Origin: Eutreptiella sp. 'Long Island Sound 2002'
Taxonomy: Eukaryota; Protista; Euglenida
Length of the DNA stretch: 64,000 nucleotides
Assembly: GCA_964036045.1 (NCBI GenBank)
Contig: OZ038379.1
Span: 6,138,001 to 6,202,000, forward strand
Direction: 5' to 3'
Below the pieces are notes generated by a model that saw only the letters and a list, made by a program, of their open reading frames with translations, was not told the origin of the DNA and did no database searches. The position numbers and the translations under genes are program-made. Positions 36,226-49,700 of the stretch are shown piece by piece (within the stretch, counting starts at the first letter, position 1; each line of letters begins with the position of its first letter).

Positions 36226-37790
36226 GAATTCACATAATCCCCCCTTAATGATCTAGAGTGGGCGCGTGGAGGCATGCAGCGGCGCGGCTTGGGTTCGCAG
36301 TCGATAGTCGCTCAAGTTGTTCATCATGTTCGGTATCATTTCGTAGTTTTAGTCAAAGGACATCGCAAATCTTTCTTGTAGCCCATGATGATGGTTGGCA
36401 TTGCGTTGTGCGGTGCAACTCATTTGGTGATGTCAACAACACTACAGCAATCTACGTGCATGGACAGCCTTTTACCTTGTGTTTCTCAATGATTGCAAAA
36501 TTTATTGTTCGGCTAAGCAAATGTGCCCAATTATTGGGCTTAATTAAGTCTATTTGGGGTCCATTTTCAATTTCATTATCTATTCAGGTGCCTGTGTGCA
36601 ACATTAGAGTTGAAAAAAAGAAACACCTTATGGGGGCCGATCTTGGAAGGGACCTGACCCTAGGGGGGGGGGGGGGGCACCCCCTCTACAGATCCCAAAG
36701 TTGTCGCACGGAACAATGTGCTTTGTCGGCGCCAGAGGCGCCGGACATTTTGTTTGAGCATTAGCATTTTTTGCTAAGGTCCCCCGCTTTCAAGCGGTGG
36801 GGAGCCCCCCCCCCCCCCCCAAGGCGACAGCGGTTATGTAGCCACCTTCCCGACTTGTGGTCCACTTTTGATTATGTCCCCCGCTCTGAAACGGTGGGCA
36901 ACCCCCAAGGCGGCAGGGGTTATGTAGCCACCTTGCCGACTTGTGGGCCATTTCTGATACTGTTCCCCGATCCGAAGCGTTGCGGATCCCCTAGGCGGCA
37001 GGGGTTGTGGAGCCACCTTGCCCACTTGTGGGCCACTTCTGATTGTGTCCCCCGCTCTGAAACGCTAGTGACCCCCCAGGGGGTAGGGGTTATGTAGCCA
37101 CCTTGCCCACATGTGGTTCACTTCTGGTTGTGTCCTCCGCTCTGAAGCGGTGGGTATCCCCCAAGGCGGCAGCGGTTATGTAGCCACCTTGCCCACTTGT
37201 GGGCCACTTCTGATTCTGTCCCCCGCTCTGAAGCAGTGGGCACCCCCCAAGGCGGCAGTGGTTATGTAGCCACCTTGCCCACATGTGGGCCACTTCCGAT
37301 TTTGTCCCCCGCTTTGAAACTCCGGGGATCCCCAAGGCGGGAGGGGTTATGGAGCCGGCTTGCCCACTTTTGGGCCACTTCTCATAGTGTCCCCCGCTCT
37401 GAAGCGGTGGGGATCCCCCAGGCGGGAGGGGTTATGGAGCCACCTTGCCCACTTGTGGGTCACTTCTGATTCTGTCCCCCGCTTTGAAGCCGTGGGGATC
37501 CCTCAGGCGGCAGCGGTTATGTAGCCACCTTGCCCACTTGTGGGCCACTTCTGATTTTGTCCCCCGCTCTCAAGCGGTGGGGATCCCCTAGGCGGCAGGG
37601 TTACGTCACCACCTTGCCCACTTGTGCGCCACCTCCGATTCTGACCCCCCGCTCTGAAGCGCCGCGGATCCCCTAGGCGGCAGGGGTTAATTAGCCACCT
37701 TGCCCACTTGTGGGGCGCCTCTGATTCTTTCCCGCTGCTCTGAAGCCGTGGGGACCCCCAAGACGGCAGGGGTTATGGAGCCACACTGCC

Positions 37791-37928
37791 ATCCCAGAGC
37801 ACGTGTGTACATTGAGGCTGTATCATGACGACTGGTTGTAGCATAGCAGCTGGTTGCTGATAAGCACTTGGAACATTGGCTGGAATTGCTTGGGCGGGGG
37901 CGTCCAGTACCTGTGACGGACCATGATT
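37791..37928. mobile_element. 138-bp TSD-flanked insertion amplified with the satellite (also 38199-38336, 38778-38915, 42085-42222)
   Basis: ATCCCAGAGCACGTG...GACCATGATT, flanked by GAGCCACCTTGCC (38765-38777, 38916-38928). Confidence 0.8.
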
Positions 37929-39593
37929 GAGCCACCTTGTCCACTGGTTGGCCACTTGTGATTGTGTCCCCCGCTCTGAAGCTGTGGGGATCCCCGAGGC
38001 GGCAGCGGTTATGTAGCCACCTTGCCCACATGTGGGCCTTTTCTGATTCTGTCCCGCGCTCTGAAGCGGTGGGGACCCCCCAAGGCGGCAGGGGTTATGT
38101 AGCCACCTTGCCGACTTGTGGGCCACTTCTGATTTTGTGCCACGCTCTGAAGCGGTGCGGAAACCCCCAGACGGCAGGGGTTATGTAGCCACCTTGCCAT
38201 CCCAGAGCACGTGTGTACATTGAGGCTGTATCATAAAGACTCGTTGTAGCATAGCAGCTAATTGCTGATAAGCACTTGAAACATTGGCTGGAATTGCTTG
38301 GGTGGGGGTGTCCAGTACCTGTGACCGAGCATGATTGAGCCACCTTGCCCACTAGTGGGCCACTTGTGATTGTGTCCCCAGCTCTGAAGGTGTGGGGATC
38401 CCCGAGGCGGCAGCGGTTATGTAGCTACCTTGCCCACATGTGGGCCACTTCTGATTACATCCCCCGCTCTGAATTGTTGGGGACCCCCCAAGGCGGCAAA
38501 GGTTATGTAGCCACCTTGCCCACATCTGGTTCACTTCTGATTGTGTCCTCCGGTTTGAAGCGGTGGGTATCCCCCAAGGCGGCAAGGGTTATGTAGCCAC
38601 CTTGCCCACTTGTGGGCCACTTCTGATACTGTCCCCCGATCTGAAGCGCTGCGGATCCCCTAGGCGGCAGGGGTTATGTAGCCACCTTGCCCTCTTGTGG
38701 GCCACCTCTGGTTCTTTCCCGCTGCTCTGAAGCCGTGGGGACCCCCAAGACGGCAGGGGTTATGGAGCCACCTTGCCATCCCAGAGCACGTGTGTACATT
38801 GAAGCTGTATCATAACGACTCGTTGTAGCATAGCAGCTGATTGCTGATAAGCACTTGGAACATTGGCTGGAATTGCTTGGGCGGGGGCGTCCAGTACCTG
38901 TGACCGACCATGATTGAGCCACCTTGCCCACTGGTGGGCCACTTGTGATTGTGTCCCCCGCTCTGAAGCTGTGGGGATCCCCGAGGCGGCAGCGGTTATG
39001 TAGCCACCTTGCCCACATGTGGGCCTTTTCTGATTCTGTCCCCTGTTGTGAAGCGGTGGGCAACCCCCAAGGCGGCAGGGGTTATGTAGCCACCTTGCCG
39101 ACTTGTGGGCCACTTCTGATTTTGTCCCATGCTCTGAAGCGGTGCGGAACCCCCGGGCGGCAGGGGTTATGTAGCCACCTTGCCCACTTGTGGGCCACTT
39201 CTGATACTGTCCCCCGCTCTGAAGCGTTGCGGATCCCCTAGGCGGCAGGGGTTATGTAGCCACCTTGCCCACTTGTGGGTCAACTCTGATTCTGTCCCCC
39301 TGCTCTGAAGCCGTGGGGACCACCAAGAAGGCACGCATTATAGAGCTACCTTGCCCACCTGTGGGCCACTTCTGATTGCATCCCCCGCTCTGAATTGGTG
39401 GGGACCCCTCAAGGCGGCAGGGGTTATGTAGCCAGCTTGCCCACATCTGGGTCACTTCTGATTGTGTCCTCCGCTCTGAAGCGGTGGGTATCCCCCAAGG
39501 CGGCAGGGGTTATGTAGCCACCTTGCCCACTTGTGGGCCACTTCTCATTCTGTCCCCCGCTCTGAAGCAGTGGGCACCCCCCAAGGCGGTAGG

Positions 39594-40619
39594 TAGATAG
39601 GTTGGTAGATAATGACAGAGCCTGTAGCCCCTGCTTTCTGGTGCGGATATCTCACACGTTTCAAGCTCAACAATGCATGCATGTCTGAAATCTGTTTTGT
39701 GACGCAGAGCTTTTCGTCACAAGAGCCGCGTCTTGTCGCAGCGAGCAACAACACACAGAAGCGACCACAAAGCGGCTGAACTCCGCGTTCTGTCGCGGAA
39801 GAGCATCCGGGCGTAATGCCGCCGGGAAGGACATGGCAAGAGAAGGGGCCACGTCAGCAACGGCATGGCCCTTACACACACATCCAGCCAGCCCCAAAGA
39901 AGGTCAAGCCTCAACAAGAACGCCAGCGGTTCAAGGTGCAAGCACTGAGCCAGCTAGACACCATCGCAAATGAAGGACTGCGAGCAGTCGAAGCAAAGCT
40001 GACCACAATGGCCTGGGCCCGCAATCAGCAGATTGGGCTCCGACTGCACCAACCACATGACACCAGGATGCACTGCAAGATTGTGGACAATCATGGGGAA
40101 CCATTGCTGATGAGCAATCAGGAGCTCTACTCGGTGATGGTCTAGATCAACTGGACCCTGAAGACTCAGGCTCTGGCGAATATGCAGGTCCAGTGGCGAC
40201 CCAAAAGTGCAGGCAAGTGGCATCCGTTCCAGTGGGAGGCGATCCTCCACTGTCCGACGGCAGAGGGACACAGAGCGGTGCCCTCCTCAGTGAGCAGAAC
40301 TGGAGACTCCATGCATGTGTGGCTGGCGGGCCGAGCGGACCTCTTGAGGCTGTTCCAGAGAACGCTCTTCAGGCACGCGGACCCGGTACCCGGGGACACT
40401 GTGCGGTTCCTTTATACGCTGCTAAACACACCTCCATGCGAAAGGCGATATGCATGACAGGGGATGACACACAGGGGGGAGTAGGACAGATTGGAGCAAG
40501 TGATGCAGATAACCAGTCGTCATAGCCCAGTGGATTAACCGCACCTCTTCTGTCCTGTAGAGGATGGTTCCAACCCCGGGGGGGATAGAGATACACCGAA
40601 AGTCCCGAAAACCCCTTTT

Positions 40620-40690
<71 letters not shown>

Positions 40691-41455
40691 GGACGCAGTG
40701 GGAAAGGAACGGAGAGGAGAGAGAGAGAGAGGGGGCGCAGGAGAGAGAGCAGGAGAGAATGAGATGGAGAGAGTGGGAGACAGACCCACAGAGCAAGAGT
40801 CGGGGGCTAACCGGCGCAAAGGGAGGGTGGTGGGTTCGAGCTGACCAGGGTGTATGGCACGCCAAGGCAGCACAGAGCAGTTTAATGGTGAAATAACAGG
40901 GCGCCATTGCGCCCCTGGAGCACAGGCGCGACACGTCGTTACGTGTTGAAAAGCCGAAGCATGACAAGGGCCGCGAGAATGTGGCCCATGTGAGGGTGTT
41001 TTATGCGAGTGGGCATGAAAATGTGGGCGGCCTGTGCACGCATGGTGTGGTGCTGAAAAGGTATCTGCCACACACAGTACAGCAATGATCTGTTGAGGTG
41101 TCTGGCAGCCGGAGCTTTTGTTGAAACGTTGAGACGCCTTTGCGCCACCATAGGCGCCTTTGCGCCCCCATAGTTCGGGTACGACACGTCCTCACGTGCC
41201 GGAGAGCAAGTGCATGACAAGGGCACGACCTGCAGGGCAAGGGTTAGAGACTAACCGGCACTGTGGGAGGTTGGTGGGTGCGAGCTGACCTCAGTGTCCA
41301 GAGGACCAAAGCCAACGCACAGTCAGCAACCACCTGGTGTGGTACAAAACTGGTTTGCGCTGCAGTGCAGCAAGAAAAAACACTGAATAATGTGGTTATG
41401 ACCATGCGCCTGTGACACGGGGGCGTATGCGAGCCCAGTTTCCGTTGCCTCATGG
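39594..41455 (+). mobile_element. 5'-truncated non-LTR element, copy C
   Basis: Homology starts at the pol stop (GATAATGACAGAG, ~39608) after ~14 non-homologous bases. The 3' ORF spans 39816-40457 with TAG at 40143. TSD CAAGGCGGTAGG (39582-39593) / CAAGGCAGTAGG (41456-41467). Confidence 0.92.
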
Positions 41456-43230
41456 CAAGGCAGTAGGGGTTATGTAGCCACCTTGCCCACATGTGGGCCA
41501 CTTGTGATTTTGTCCCCCGCTTTGAAACGCCGGGGATCCCCAAGGCGGGAGGGGTTATGGAGCCACCTTGCCCACTTTTGGGCCACTTCTCATAGTGTCC
41601 CCCGCTCTGAAACGGTGGGGATCCCCCAGGCGGGAGGGGTTATGGAGCCACCTTGCCCACTTGTTGGCCACTTCTCATTGTGTCCCCCGCTCCGAAGCGC
41701 CGGGGATCCCCCAAGGGTGTAGCGATTATGTAGCCACCTTGCCCACTTGTGGGCCACTTCTGATTCTGTTGCCCGCTTTGAAGCCGTGGGGATCCCTCAG
41801 GCGGCAGCGGTTATGTAGCCACCTTGCCCACTTGTGGGCCACTTCTGATTTTGTCCCCCGTTCTCAAGCGGTGGGGAACCCCAAGGCGGCAGGGTTATGT
41901 CGCCACCTTGCCCACTTGTGCGCCACCTCTGATTCTGACCCCCCGCTCTGAAGCGCTGCGGATCCCCTAGGCGGCAGGGGTTATGTAGCCACCTTGCCCA
42001 CTTGTGGGCCACCTCTGGTTCTTTCCCGCTGCTCTGAAGCCGTGGGGACCCCCAAGACGGCAGGGGTTATGGAGCCACCTTGCCATCCCAGAGCACGTGT
42101 GTACATTGAAGCTGTATCATAACGACTCGTTGTAGCATAGCAGCTGATTGCTGATAAGCACTTGAAACATTGGCTGGAATTGCTTGGGTGGGGGCGTCTA
42201 GTACCTGTGACCGACCATGATTGAGCCACCTTGCCCACTGGTGGGCCACTTGTGATTGTGTCCCCCGCTCTGAGGCTGTGGGGATCCCCGAGGCGGCAGC
42301 GGTTATGTAGCCACCTTGCCCACATGTGGGCCTTTTCTGATTCTGTCCCGCGCTCTGAAGCGGTGGGGACCCCCCAAGGCGGCAGGGGTTATGTAGCCAC
42401 CTTGCCGACTTGTGGGCCACTTCTGATTCTGCCCCCCGCGCTCAACCGGTGGGTATCCCCCAAGGCGGCAGGGGTTATGTAGCCACCTTGCCCACTTGTG
42501 GGCCACTTCTGATACTGTCCCACGCTTTGAAGATCTGAGGATCCGCCAAGCGGCAAGGGTTATGTAGCCACCGTGCCCACTTGTGAGCCACTTACGATTC
42601 TGTCCCCCGCCTTGAAGCGGCGGGCACCTCCTCTTGTCGTTCGAGTTCACGAGAGTGCAAAAAATATCAAACGGCTGGACCCAGTCGTTTTTGTGGGTGG
42701 TGGTGGTGAGGATAGCTGGTGGGGATGCTGGTTGTTGGTTGCTTAATAGTGGATGTTAATTCTGTGTTGCAGCCTGCAGGTCTCAATTCACGACAATGTT
42801 CAACAACTGCTGAACGTGGATGCGACGACCCTCAAAAGCCAAAAACAACAGCTGGTGCGTGTCCTCAGCTGCTTGCAAGGAACCATGATATTCACACGTG
42901 GTGTCATTTTCCGGTGATTCAAGTGCAATCTCCGAAGCGGGGACATCTTGATCCGAGGAATCTTCCGGGTCGGAGGCAGGATTAGAATCAGGGTTAGAAG
43001 CGCACTCAGAGTCGGTATTAAAATTCAACTCGCGCATTGCAGTATCGTTAATGCGCAAACCAAATGGGGACAACATGCCAAACCCATAACCGAAAAATCA
43101 CCTGCCTCATAACGGAGTGTTGGGACTTCGAGCAGTACAACCTCAACATCTTGCCGACGAGCCATCCAACAGATTTGTAGGTTAACATTTTAACAAGATA
43201 TGGGCTAGCCGTGCATGGATTCATGTTGTC

Positions 43231-44280
43231 TCACACACAACCACAATGAGAGGAAGTACGAAGCGAATCGGGGTGCTTTCCGTGCCAAACGATAGCGATC
43301 TGGACCCCGGCCCGTGCACAACTAAGGACACTGTCAGCCGTAAGAGCAGAGTTGCGGGAGGCACTACGCAAAATCCCAATGTAACCCTTGGCACCTTGGT
43401 TTCCCCGTTCACAAACGAAGTGCTCGGAGTCGGGGAAGCGGTGGCCTTGGAGGTGGACGTCGGCGAATTGACACTGCATCTCCTACGGAAAAAGGGCACA
43501 ACATTGAGTATTTCATATGCCACTCTGTGGGTGTGCGAGGGCGTCCGCAAACGATAAGATGGATTCCACCGGTGCATTATCCCGGTACGTGCGCGTTGGC
43601 AAGAAGTCGGCACCATTGCAACAGTAGATGGCCAAATGCAGGTGAATGGCAATTGCATAGTATTGTAGCTTCTTGGGCAAGTTGTGGGAGTTCACATAGT
43701 AGTACTCATATGTGGCGTCTAAGAATGACGCCAGTGCACCACAGTCGACGGGTCCAAATCGAGCCTCGTGGAAGGAGCCATAATGCGATTGACGGCCTAA
43801 GAGACGGCCGTACAGCGAATGAAGTACCAATGAAAGGAAACGTCAAACGTTGAGTGTATGGGACGCTACAATGTGTACACATGGACACAGCACCTGGTAA
43901 AGCCGAAGAGCTGCAGGCACGTTCTGCTTGTCCTTTGGATTGAGGGTGCTCTCGGTCACCACAACCGTTGCCTTGGAACCCAAATGCAAGAGTGAATCGT
44001 GCGGCATAACCGTGTCGCCAACGTTAATGGCATGGGATCCAATCAACACACCACAAATACGCTTGTGGATGTGGCCGCGGTCAGCGTTGGTGTTGGCGCC
44101 GAAATGGGTTACGGTCACGTCACAGAGAGGCAAACGGGCAGAAAAGTCGACGGGTCGAATGAGGGGAAGCACTTCATGCGGCGGGCATCTTCATCGCTGT
44201 TCAATGTGGCAATTCGCCCAAAAACCGGAGCCAAAGGTTACCACATACGGAAAAGGTCCCGGAAGCTGTGAGCCTCATCC
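43231..44280 (-). pseudogene. Decayed unassigned ORF (~310+ codons in one frame with several stops)
   Basis: Track ORFs 43843-44172, 43513-43830 and 43231-43479 share one frame (start offsets 342 and 351 nt). No family recognised. Confidence 0.35.
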
Positions 44281-46741
44281 TCAGCCGTAAATATTCTGCA
44301 CGTCAATTTGAAATTAATTTGCACCATTGCATGCATTTCACGGCCGTGACGCGCAACACCGCAAACGGAGACATGCCGGGCTAAATGGCAATCACCGTTT
44401 GACAAATGGTTCATGACGTTGATGATGCTTTCACTGCGACAATCAAAAGGGCATGAGCAAGGTATCATGCAATACCATGTCGAGGTATAGTGTAGGGCTT
44501 GAATGTAGTCGTGAACGCCATCACATCAAAATCACACAACCGACGCGTGCACGTTGTAGAGTTTCCTACCAACATTCTGTGAACCCATCCCCCCTTTACT
44601 GATGAAATACTTGTGTGGCATCATGTTGCCCTCCATGATTGGTGTTGCCACATTTCTTTTTCCCGAAGTGTTGTCTATGTAAGTATCAACTTTGTGGTTG
44701 AGTTGTTCACGAGGCCCAATTACAATAGACAACACTCTCCGGCTTGGCATCAACCATATCCTAACGGCTTTTGGAAGGCTGCCACCAATTATAGGCAGAA
44801 CGGTGGAGATGACGGGATGCCCAACCGTACAACAAAGTGTCTACGACTACCAATGCGCACCGCTCTTCATGGGGATTCATATGTTGAACACCATGCCCCG
44901 TACCACACAGACCGTTGCCTAATGTGGGTAGCATGAGAGGTTGTGGCTTTTTTAGGCAATGGGAGTCCTCCACGATTTGGCGATGCTAAGAAGATAGTGT
45001 TTAGATGGAAACCTTAATTTTTCCCTCGTATGGGTAAGCAAGAAGGCAACATTTATCTACACATCTTTCATCTTTTGCCTCGTGGTGAGCCGCAGAAGCC
45101 ACACGAGATGTCGCCACTTTGATTGCTCCTCATCCTTCAAACCGGGCACCTTTTGCAAATGCCCCTTACATTCCTCCGTAGGCCTGCATCAAGGGCTTCA
45201 TTTGACGTCCTCCAAAAAGGCTCCGAAATCCGTTTCCTCCCCGTCTATCTCCTCCGCCTTTACCCGCAAGACCTACAAGTGTCAAGAAAGGGTCATATGG
45301 CCACTTTGATTTCTGCACAATGTGGGACCCCGTAATGGCACAAGTTCATTGGCAATTCGGTTTCTCGCAACTTTACCAGCTTGGACAGTTGATTTGTTGT
45401 GTTGGCACTGGGATTGCATTTAACATAGGCAATTTAGTTGCTTTTTGTACCCAGACCCTATCAGGTAGTGTTAATGTAGCTAGTTTGAGTACTCCCGGAT
45501 GTGGGGGCGCTGAAATGGCACGTGGTATGCTTCCTCGTTATCTGGATCTTGGGAGATTGGAGGTTATTCAACTGCTTTTATTCCTTGAGGTGGTGGTGCC
45601 ACACATTATTTCGCTACTTGTATTTCCCCTCAATTGTGCATATTGAGACGGTACGAGATGTGCAGCCTTTTTGATTTTTCCGCATGTGGGAATCGGAGAA
45701 GGTAGGCGTTATGTATCCAATCTCTTCCACCCGCATGGTACGAGCTCCTGAAGACAAGGGTCTGTAGCCATTTTCATTGCTCCACAATAACAGCACTCAA
45801 AAGGACGCTCGTCATGTGGGCCATTTGATGCCTGCAGTATATGGGGCCGCGCCAAGGGAGGGTTTATGTAGCCCACTTGATTTTCGCGCGACGTCAGGAC
45901 TCCAAAACTTGTTTTGCTACTTTGATGCTCCTCGTTGCGGGGACCCCACGAATGCAAGGCTTATGGAGCCACTTTGGTTGATCCATGGTGTTGGAATGAC
46001 AGGAGGGTAGGGGGCATTGGGCCATCAGTTTTTTTTTTTGTGGGAACCCGAAGAATGTCTCATTACTGGCGAATTTATTCATCCCCGGTGTCGGGATCGT
46101 GAGAGGGCGAGGGGTATGTCGGCAATCAAGCAATCCTCCATATTGTGTGACGGTCCATCATGGCGAAGATTACCAAACGGCCAATCGACACAACGTTCCT
46201 CCACATCTTAGTAGCAACAATCGCGTTGTGAATTTGGGCTAGGTATTCGGCAGGTGGTACGCAACCCCTGCACAATTCTTCCTGTGTAACGGCCTCGGTT
46301 TGACTAGTTCAAATGTGCTTGCACAACCCAAGGTGTGGTTGTGTAGCCCAATAGCCATATGGGCAAGTACTAAGAGTTGCTGCCAAAACCCAGGTTCTTC
46401 TACATGCCCATGTCCGCCTGACACACGACACAAGAAAAAGGAAAATACTAACGCCTACCCTAGAATAGCACAACCGTCAATGGCACACACGAGACGTGAG
46501 GATGCGTCCTACCAAACCTGCTTGGCCAGGGGCTGGGGGGTCCGCGAGGATAGTGCAAAGGGCCGATGTTCAATGTCCTCCCAAAGGCACTTCAACCTCC
46601 ACGCCTAGCACCAACGGCAAGGGCCATATTTTTCCACCAGGTGATCATCATGTCCCTCACCTAGTACTCTTCCCCCCCCCCCCCCCCAAAGTCGTCCTAT
46701 TCGTCCTCCGCCCCATTCTACATTTAACCCCCCTCCCGTGG

Positions 46742-49700
46742 AAGGGGAGGAGTGGCACTGGCGTGGAAAACATCCAAGTGGACACTGCAATCAATGAAAT
46801 TCTTGTCAACCAGGGCGCTGAAAGCCTCACTGTCGAGTGGTCCACTGGAGATCACCATAGTTGTGGTCCACTTCAACCACAAGCACACGCGTCGACAGTC
46901 GCAATGGAAAGACATCGCCAAGGAGTTACATGGACCAAACCTGATTTTATGTGCTGATCACAATAGTTTAGTTGTAAAACACAGGGACGCCTTCGTGCCC
47001 CCAGAGTTTGAGCATGACACGTCCTTACGTGCCAGAGACCAGGAGGTGACGACCTTGGCAAAAGCGGGTCTGCAGGATGTTTGGGTGGATATTCACTGTC
47101 CAACCCTGATAGACATCAAGGACAAGGAAGCATCGTGTCCGACGGGCCTCACATACGGCTACCCCCGAGAAGGAGAGCGACTCGACCCGCAGAGGCTACG
47201 CCGTATTGACCGCATCCACACAACATCCGAATTGCTGAGCTTGGCGACCAGCGTGTACCCCATGTTTGCTGCCAACTCAGACCACAAGGCGATCCTGGCT
47301 GAATTCACACCCCGCCTTTCGACACAGAGGACACAGTCCCCAGATTCTACTGCCCAGAGACCATCCTTCAAGACCCGGAGGCAATGGAAGATCACGAGAC
47401 CTCTCTCAAGTCTATCAAGTCAACAGGGGATCAATGGTGGGAAGAGGCGCCGAGCTGCATCCAAAAGAAGGCGATCAGCCATCAAAGGGAACATAAAAAC
47501 AAAAAGCAGTCGGTAGAGCTACAAGCCCTACGGTTCCTGCGTGGATCCACGAGAGACTCTGTCGCACCAGCAGTCTACCAATTTCTATCATCACTGGGGA
47601 TTGCAGCAACAGATGCGGCAACAGCCTACACCCTCCTGGTGGGGGTGTATGAACAGGCTCAGCGTGACAGAACGGGCATGGAAACACTGTCCAAGCTCAA
47701 GGGGGTGATCGCGACCGGGGAAACTTCAGGAGATCTGAGAACGCAAAGGAACAAATTGTATCGGTTAATGCGGGAGTTGCAGGAGCGAAAGAAACTTCGG
47801 CAACTGGTATCCAGGACAGGCTCGGCGATACGGGGGGCAAAGGCGGTGGCAAAAGAGCTGGTGGACCATTGGGACAAAGTGTCCACTCCGACCGGATCCA
47901 CGGAAGAAGATTGTGTGGCCTATCTGAAGTCGTTAGGAGTGGAACAGCGGTTGCACAAGGCAGGTCGACTCCTTTTCAAGCAACTATCTTTGGACATAGT
48001 TCATGAGGGCCTTAAGAGGCTGAACAGCAACAGTTCCCCAGGATTGCATGGTTTCTGGGCAAAATTCTTCAAGAGGTTCTCGGGCATCTTCGAACCGCAA
48101 TTGTATGACTCAATGAAACGCTTCCTCGAAGTGGGCAAAATTCCGGAGACATGGACATCGGGGGTGATGACAATGATCCCCAAGACGAAGGCGATGCAGA
48201 CACCAGATTCGCTCCGACCAATTGCACTGCAAACTACAAGGCAGAAGTGGCTCACCAACATCCTCCTGATCCAGTTAGAGGATGTACTCCTTCACTGCAT
48301 TCCGTCACAGCAAACAGGTTTCCTTCGACACAGAAGCATACTCCAGCATGTCTATGGGTCACGGGCACTCTGGGATGGCTAAAGTGAAGGAGCGGCGTTA
48401 TCAGTAGACTTCAGAAATGCTTTCCCCACGATGTCTCACGAGATGGTGTCGGCAGCACTGGGTCTAATGTGCATACCATTCCTGTATATCCGTCTGACTC
48501 TACATCCTTTACAAGCACCGTATCTATACTCCGTTGGAAAAGGATATGTCCCAGGTGTTTACCACCACCCGAGGGCAGGCACGCGCCAGGGGGATCCACT
48601 CTCCCCGGCGCTATTCTCTCTGGTGGCATCCTTTGTGATTTTCCCACTACAAGACTTGGGTCCAGTGCTAACTGTCATGATGTATGCAGACGACCTCATC
48701 ATTTTCTTTGATGGAAGAAGCAACCCACAACTGTTGAAGAGGGTATGGGAAGTGGTTTCACGTTTTGGACAGCTTTCGGGGTTGAAGGTCAACCTGAGCA
48801 AAACGGCAGCGATAGTTCGCAACTGTGGGGGAATGGAGTGGGCGAGGTGCTTTCGGGACATTGGAGTGGATGTCAAAAACTTCGTCAAGTATCTGGGTGT
48901 ACGCTTGGGGAATATTCGGCACCAACAAGATGACCAAGGATGGGGGCTCACGATAGAGCAGGCTTTCGCACCAGCGCTGCAAGAGGCCTTCCGTCGCGCT
49001 AGGGTGGTATCCACGCTACAACTGTCCATGAACGAACGTACATTCATGCTGACATCATGGATTCTGCCGGTCGTGGCATGGGTATCCAAGGCATACTACG
49101 CCCCAGTCTCGGTAATCAGACAACTGAAGTTGGTGTACCACGTGACTATGGGTACCAACAGCTGGGGAATCACCCTACCAATCCTCTCACGACCAAGAAC
49201 GCAAGGGGGACTGGCACTACCAGAACCAGAGCTGTTTCTTATGCACCAGGCAGCGGCTCCGTTCGTCAGCCTGTTGGGAGAGCCTTACAAATTTCCCGAC
49301 AAGGCAGTGGAGACCTTCTATGCATGGGCAACAACCATAGGGTTCACACCATCCAAGGACAACCTCCCATATATTCAACTGGGCATGGTCCGAACGGCTG
49401 ATCTAACCTTCCTGGGATGGTCGGCAAAGGCACACTCCAACATTCAGCGAGTGGCCCCGCAGGTGGCCCCCCCGGCAAACCGGGACCGCCTGCCGTTGTG
49501 GCACTCTGTGTATTTTCGAAATGAGTTCCACTGCTCCTACTACAACACGAAATTGATCCGGCAGGGGGTGCTGACGTGGGGTCAATTCCAATCCTTGGAG
49601 GACGCAAGATTGTTCAATGCACTGCCTCGGACATGGAAAGGGGTCTACAATCATGGTGGACGACTCCTCAACAAAGTCCCGTCACAAGGGGGGTTTGATA

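Larger units (their letters stand above)
36775..42625. repeat. 86-bp satellite with ~2.3-kb higher-order duplication, interrupted by LINE copy C
   Basis: GTAGCCACCTTGCCCACTTGTGGGCCACTTCTGATT units at 37094, 37180 and 37266. Variant order of 37230-37790 repeats at 39565-39593 plus 41456-42085. Confidence 0.95.

Noticed and set aside
36775-42625. CRISPR-like array (repeats with occasional unique inserts)
   Set aside because: Units are contiguous with no unique spacers, the 138-bp insert is the same each time, and there are no cas genes.
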